DNA of 64,000 nt, from NCBI GenBank assembly GCA_011620345.1, contig WOZJ01000018.1:1-64000 (forward strand). The letters run 5' to 3'. The first letter of the stretch is position 1. Each line of letters opens with the position of its first letter. The DNA is from Nitrospirota bacterium (GTDB lineage: Bacteria; UBA2233). Below, piece after piece: positions 59,244-64,000 of the stretch. The notes under the pieces were generated by a model. That model worked only from the letters and a program-made list of their open reading frames with translations. It searched no databases and was not told where the DNA came from. The position numbers and the translations under genes were made by a program.

Positions 59244-60857
59244 CTACGCCTCAAGATGCTTGGGTTGCTCTTCGCTGGGCAAGCTTACCCCTTCAAGCCC
59301 GACATCCGCAAGGGATGCCCCTGAAAGCCCACCAATCGCCTCGAGGAAGCGCTTTGTGATGTCCTCTAGCTTTCCAACCTGAAACGACTCGCCCATGAAC
59401 TCCGCTAAGAGGCCAAGCGATTCGCCGTCGGCCAAAATGTCCCGGTTCAGCCTGTAGGCTTTCCGAACACGCTGAACATGCCCGGTAACGTTCACCCATG
59501 TGCCGTCTTTTTGGATCATGCTTGCCGACGGGATGACAAACCTTGCCTGCGGGAAGGACGCTTTCCGTTTAGAAGCGAATATTGCTAGCGTTGGTAACGC
59601 CTTGAACGCCTCTTGCATGCCTGGCCAGGCGGCCTCAAGCCCTTCCCAAGCGTCGCCAAAAAGCATAACGGCTTCCAGCTTCCCTTCCTTGAGATCTTGC
59701 TTAAACGCATCGATAGTGTAGGGCTTTGCCGACCTAAAGGCAAAGAGGCTGAGCCCTGCAGGGTTGCTTGCCATCTCGCCCGTCAGCAAAAGGTCATCTT
59801 TTGGGCCCTTGGGCGCCGGTACGTCGAGAACAACGCGGCTCGAGCCGAAAATTTCCGCCATAAAAGCGCAAACAGTGAAAATTTCCTCGTTCGTCCTGTC
59901 CGGAGCGACAAGCGCCGCGACGGAGGACTCTTTGGCCTTGCCCTTGAGCCCCTTAAGCTCTTGCGCTAGCACGCCAAGGAGCTCCGGCGTGGCCATTTCC
60001 TTGGTTCCGGAACCTTCCCGCACCCATCCTTTAAGGATCAACGAGGATGAATTCTCTTCTTTATAGGAATACCTCCCGATGTCGCACATCCAGGCATGGT
60101 TTACCGAATCGTTTTGCCTGGGCGTAAACCGGTAGATTTTTTTGTCCTTGTGCCATGCCGTAATGTTGCATCCCCTGGAACACCCTGGGCATATCGTATC
60201 CGTCCTCGAGAGGAACCAAACGCGCATCTTGAACCGGAAATCTTCGCTCGTCAGCGCGCCTACCGGGCAAATGTCGGCCAGGTTGCCCGCATAGAGGGTG
60301 CTCAAGGGCTCCAAAAGGGCGATCTCTTCGTGGTCACCCCTGTTGGTTACGCCGATGGCACGCTTGCCGACGACCTCCTCCATAAATCGCACGCAGCGCG
60401 TACATAGAACGCACCGTTCGGCATCGAACACGATTCCGGAACCCCAACGAATGGCCTTTCTTGGCTTTTTAACCTTGAACTCCTGCGGCATTCGGCTTTT
60501 GTAGAGCCCGACTTCCATGTAGTAGTCCTGGAGCTTGCACTCCCCGGCTTGGTCGCATATGGGGCAATCGAGGGGATGGTTAATGAAAATAAACTCCAGC
60601 ACGTCAGCACGCGCTTCTTTTACTTTCTGGGAATCCGTCAGGACGGACATGCCATCTCGCACGTTTGTGTTGCAAGAGATCTGGAGCTTTGGCATCCCCT
60701 CGATTTCTACCAAACACATCCGGCAGTTACCGGCAACCGAGAGGTTGGGGTGGTAGCAAAACCTGGGGATATATACCCCTACCCGGTCGCAGACGTCGAT
60801 CAGCCTCTCGCCATCCGCGACATCGTAGCGCTCACCGTTTATAACAACGCTGGCCAT
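59244..60857 (-). CDS. nuoG: NADH-quinone oxidoreductase subunit G (short form)
   Basis: IPRFCYH..L...GNCRMC, HPLDCPICDQAGECKLQD, CVLCTRCVRF, CPVGAL, CPGCSRGC; ATG start at 60857. Confidence 0.93.
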   Translation of the reverse strand: MASVVINGERYDVADGERLIDVCDRVGVYIPRFCYHPNLSVAGNCRMCLVEIEGMPKLQISCNTNVRDGMSVLTDSQKVKEARADVLEFIFINHPLDCPICDQAGECKLQDYYMEVGLYKSRMPQEFKVKKPRKAIRWGSGIVFDAERCVLCTRCVRFMEEVVGKRAIGVTNRGDHEEIALLEPLSTLYAGNLADICPVGALTSEDFRFKMRVWFLSRTDTICPGCSRGCNITAWHKDKKIYRFTPRQNDSVNHAWMCDIGRYSYKEENSSSLILKGWVREGSGTKEMATPELLGVLAQELKGLKGKAKESSVAALVAPDRTNEEIFTVCAFMAEIFGSSRVVLDVPAPKGPKDDLLLTGEMASNPAGLSLFAFRSAKPYTIDAFKQDLKEGKLEAVMLFGDAWEGLEAAWPGMQEAFKALPTLAIFASKRKASFPQARFVIPSASMIQKDGTWVNVTGHVQRVRKAYRLNRDILADGESLGLLAEFMGESFQVGKLEDITKRFLEAIGGLSGASLADVGLEGVSLPSEEQPKHLEA

Positions 60858-60894
60858 GCAACCTCCTTTATGATGCGCACTCGTCCCAAGCCCC

Positions 60895-62181
60895 TCAAGC
60901 TGCCCTCTTGGGCCTGACGGGACAGCGTTTCTCGCGAACGTGCGCTTCGAACTCATCCCTATATTTTTTAAGATAGCTTAAAATGGGCAGGGCACAGGCG
61001 TCCGCCAGGGGACAAATCGTTCTCGTCATCATCCCTTTGGCAATCTTCTCCAAAAGCTCGATGTCGGAGGCCGTTCCATGCCCCCCTTCGATCCGCCTTA
61101 GGACTTTCTCGGCCCATCCCGTCCCTTCTCGACACGGAGAACACTGTCCACAAGACTCATGAGCATAGAACCTTGCCAGGTTATGGAGCGCCCAAACCAT
61201 GCAGGTTCCCTCGGCCATGGCGATAATCCCGCCAGACCCTCCCATCGATCCGATTTTGGCAAGCTGATCGAAATCCATCCCGACATCGACCTCTTCGGGC
61301 CTCAGGATCGGGGCAGAAGAACCCCCTGGAATGACGCCCTTCAGCGGACTGTCTCCAATAATACCCCCTGCGTGTTCGTATAGGATTTCCCGAAGCGGGG
61401 TCCCCATAGGAAGCTCGTACACGCCAGGTTTCTTCACGTGTCCGCTTACGCTAAAAAGCCTCGTCCCACCGTTGCGATCCGATCCTATTTTGGCGAACCA
61501 TTCTGCCCCGTTGAGCAAAATCTGGGGAACATGCGCGATCGTTTCGACGTTGTTCACGATCGTTGGGCACCCGAACGCGCCCACGACGGCGGGGAAAGGA
61601 GGCTTATTGCGCGGCCTCCCGGGCTTCCCCTCGAGTGATTCAATGAGCGCTGTCTCTTCTCCGCAGATGTAGGCCCCCGCGCCAGGATGGATATAAACGT
61701 CCAGGTCAAACCCTGATTTTAAGATGTTCTTTCCTAGGTAACCGGCTTCTTTCGCCTCCGCGATCGCCTTGCCGAGCGCCTCCATACAAAACGTAAACTC
61801 ACCTCGCACGTAGATATAGGCGGTATGAGCACCGAGCGCGTAAGAGGCAAGGAGCACGCCTTCAATTAGCCTATGCGGATCCCGGGTCATGATTGTGCGA
61901 TCTTTGAACGTCCCGGGTTCTCCCTCATCGCCGTTGATAAGCAAGTACACGGGCTTTTTGGAGGGCTTCGAAATAAAGCTCCACTTCATACCGGTAGGAA
62001 AGCCTGCCCCGCCTAGACCCCTTAAATTGGAGCGCTTGACCTCTTCAATCACGCCCTCCGGGGCAATTTTTCCGAGCACCTTCCGGACCGCCTGGTAGCC
62101 TCCGGTTTTCGTGTAGGCCTCAAGCGTATGGGAGTCCTCTAGACCAAAATTTTGCGTCAAAATCTTAATTGCTTTTTCCAT
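60895..62181 (-). CDS. nuoF: NADH-quinone oxidoreductase subunit F
   Basis: GGAGFPTG.KW, DEGEPGTFKDR, GAGAYICGEETAL, ESCGQCSPCREG. Confidence 0.97.
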   Translation of the reverse strand: MEKAIKILTQNFGLEDSHTLEAYTKTGGYQAVRKVLGKIAPEGVIEEVKRSNLRGLGGAGFPTGMKWSFISKPSKKPVYLLINGDEGEPGTFKDRTIMTRDPHRLIEGVLLASYALGAHTAYIYVRGEFTFCMEALGKAIAEAKEAGYLGKNILKSGFDLDVYIHPGAGAYICGEETALIESLEGKPGRPRNKPPFPAVVGAFGCPTIVNNVETIAHVPQILLNGAEWFAKIGSDRNGGTRLFSVSGHVKKPGVYELPMGTPLREILYEHAGGIIGDSPLKGVIPGGSSAPILRPEEVDVGMDFDQLAKIGSMGGSGGIIAMAEGTCMVWALHNLARFYAHESCGQCSPCREGTGWAEKVLRRIEGGHGTASDIELLEKIAKGMMTRTICPLADACALPILSYLKKYRDEFEAHVREKRCPVRPKRAA

Positions 62182-62238
62182 TCCGTTTCTTTTTTACCCC
62201 CTCCAAAACAAGCGTCGAATGACCACGAGAGAAAGGGT

Positions 62239-62742
62239 TCATGCACCCTTTTTGGGGCCCTTAGAGAGCTCCTTTAGGGTGGATTCCAGCCTGTCGATCG
62301 TCTGAAGCTCGTAGTAGGTCTCGTTGATCCGCACTATGGGGGACTCCCCGCACCCGCCCAAGCATTCCACCGTCTTGAGCTCGAAGAGCCCGTCCGGAGT
62401 CATCTCGCCCTCTTTGATTTTTAGCCGATTTTTTAGGTAGGCAAGCAGCTCTTCTTGGCCAAGGAGCGCACAGGACAAGCCTCTGCACACCTGAATGACG
62501 TACTTGGCCTGAGGCCTTCTTGCAAACAGCGTGTAGAAGGTGAGTACCTCCACGGCCACGGCAAAGGGAATCTCCAAAAGCCCGGCAACGGCTTCGGCAA
62601 TAGGGTCCGAGATATAGCCAAACTCCCGGTGGACGAGGTGCAAGACCGGCAATAAACAGGCCTGTTTGGTCGGGTAGGCCTGTAGGATCGATTCGAGCTC
62701 CGCTTGGGCCTCCTCCGAGAAGGCCAAGACCTCCGGGCTCAT
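62239..62742 (-). CDS. nuoE: NADH-quinone oxidoreductase subunit E
   Basis: TFYTLF, VCRGLSC, ECLGGC 2Fe-2S cysteines. Confidence 0.95.
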   Translation of the reverse strand: MSPEVLAFSEEAQAELESILQAYPTKQACLLPVLHLVHREFGYISDPIAEAVAGLLEIPFAVAVEVLTFYTLFARRPQAKYVIQVCRGLSCALLGQEELLAYLKNRLKIKEGEMTPDGLFELKTVECLGGCGESPIVRINETYYELQTIDRLESTLKELSKGPKKGA

Positions 62743-63971
62743 CGTTCCATCTCCCCGGCAATCATGTTGAGCGAGCCAAAAACCGGAACGATATCGGCCA
62801 TCATCGCCCCCTTAATCATGAAGTCCATGGAAGAAACGATCATAAAGCACGGAGGACGCACCCGAACCCTGTAGGGACGGCCTGTCCCGTCGCTGACGAT
62901 GTAGTAGCCAAGCTCTCCGTTGCCGCCTTCGACCATTTGATAGACTTCGCCTTTAGGAGGTCTAATCCCCTCGTACACGAGCTTGAAGTGATTCACCAGC
63001 CCCTCGATCGTGTGGTAGACCTCCTGCTTTGGGGGCAAGATCACCCTTGGGTCGTTCACAGACACGGGCCCGTCGGGAATTTGGCGCATACACTGCTCGA
63101 TGATCCTGACGCTCTGCTCCATCTCTGCCATCCGTACGAGGTAACGATCGAGCGTATCGCCGGTTGACCCCACGGGCACTTCGAAATCTACGCGGTCGTA
63201 GGCAGAGTAAGGAAAGGCCTTACGGACATCGTATGCCATGCCGCAAGCCCGAAGGCAAGGCCCCGAATAAGAGAAACTGAGCGCGTCTTCTTTGGAAATC
63301 GCCCCTACGTTGCGTGTCCTGTCGATAAAAATCCGGTTCTTAGTGAGCAGCTTGTCGGTCTCCGAGGTTACCTCCCTGATCACCGGAAGAATATCCCTAA
63401 GGTGCTCGAAAAACCCTTCCGGCAAGTCTGCCGCCAAGCCGCCCGGCCTCATGTAGTTGATCGTGAGCCGATGGCCCGTTACCTCCTCGAGGATCCGGTA
63501 GATGAGCTCCCTTCCCTTCATGAGGTACAGAAACGGCGTGAACGCGCCAAGCTCCATGGCTGCCGCACCGATGCAGGTTTGATGGTCGCTGATCCTGGAG
63601 AGCTCGGAGAGCATCGTCCGGATATATTTGCAACGTTCGGGCACATCCACGCCAAAGAACTTTTCGACGGCCAGACAGAAGCCCTCGTTGTTGATCAACG
63701 GGGAGACGTAATTGAGCCGGTCCGTGTAGGGAATGCAGAGCTGGTAGGTATGGTTCTCGCACTCTTTTTCGAACCCCCTATGGAGGTAGCCGAAGTTTGT
63801 ATCCGAGTAAACGATAGTCTCGCCCTCAACTTCGACCACGATTTGGATAACGCCGTGCATTGCAGGGTGGGACGGACCAACGTTTACTCGCATCCTGCGG
63901 GTTTCCGTTGGCTCAAGGATATCAACCTCGGCAGAAGGGGAAAGGCTTTTTTCGGTATCCATGCGACTCAA
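62739..63971 (-). CDS. nuoD: NADH-quinone oxidoreductase subunit D
   Basis: GPSHPAMHG, GYLHRGFEK, DRLNY, ELSRI, GELG, GEMER; start at 63971 or 63962. Confidence 0.96.
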   Translation of the reverse strand: MSRMDTEKSLSPSAEVDILEPTETRRMRVNVGPSHPAMHGVIQIVVEVEGETIVYSDTNFGYLHRGFEKECENHTYQLCIPYTDRLNYVSPLINNEGFCLAVEKFFGVDVPERCKYIRTMLSELSRISDHQTCIGAAAMELGAFTPFLYLMKGRELIYRILEEVTGHRLTINYMRPGGLAADLPEGFFEHLRDILPVIREVTSETDKLLTKNRIFIDRTRNVGAISKEDALSFSYSGPCLRACGMAYDVRKAFPYSAYDRVDFEVPVGSTGDTLDRYLVRMAEMEQSVRIIEQCMRQIPDGPVSVNDPRVILPPKQEVYHTIEGLVNHFKLVYEGIRPPKGEVYQMVEGGNGELGYYIVSDGTGRPYRVRVRPPCFMIVSSMDFMIKGAMMADIVPVFGSLNMIAGEMER

Positions 63972-64000
63972 CCCTAGGCTCTAAATTCCCTCTTCCTCTT

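Noticed and set aside
63972-64000. Possible 3' end of nuoC
   Set aside because: Only about 9 codons are visible, which is too little to support a call.
1-64000. CRISPR arrays, tRNA/rRNA genes, IS elements, prophage and defence genes
   Set aside because: None was recognised by eye; intergenic spaces are short and the repeats found lie within coding sequence or come from assembly.

Overview
A 64 kb window from a Gram-negative bacterium (LptE, OmpA), read here as a metagenome or draft scaffold with two 100-N gaps. Gene content and synteny suggest Deltaproteobacteria sensu lato (Myxococcota/Desulfobacterota-like); this placement is inferred. Almost all genes are on the minus strand. Housekeeping blocks: nuoD-E-F-G-H-J-K-L-M-N (no nuoI here); rpsU-yqeY-dnaG; carD-ispD-ispF-cysS-uvrB-uvrC; comEC-hisS-aspS; nadE-leuS-lptE-holA opposite rpsT; and yceD-rpmF-plsX-acpP-rpiB-glyA-ribD-ribE-ribBA-ribH-nusB, with the fabH/D/G/F genes absent. 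The standout region is 15230-28248. A four-unit, 11-bp-period Pho-box-like array with a -10 and RBS heads a tightly packed 13-gene unit: PHP hydrolase, three amphi-Trp-type proteins (one fused to a winged helix), PhoU-kinase fusion, GAK-type ATP-grasp ligase, HprK-related kinase B, phosphohexomutase, PHP-GT4 fusion, a second GT4, DUF2334-like deacetylase, pstB and phoU. This links the functionally uncharacterised GAK system to phosphate starvation and possibly to glycolipid or glycan remodelling. A second notable locus is a secreted Ca-binding/Ser-rich/Cys-rich protein, split by an assembly gap, paired with a beta-barrel-OmpA protein. All calls come from motif reading and recall of families; no database searches were run. 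No rRNA, tRNA, CRISPR array or mobile element was recognised.
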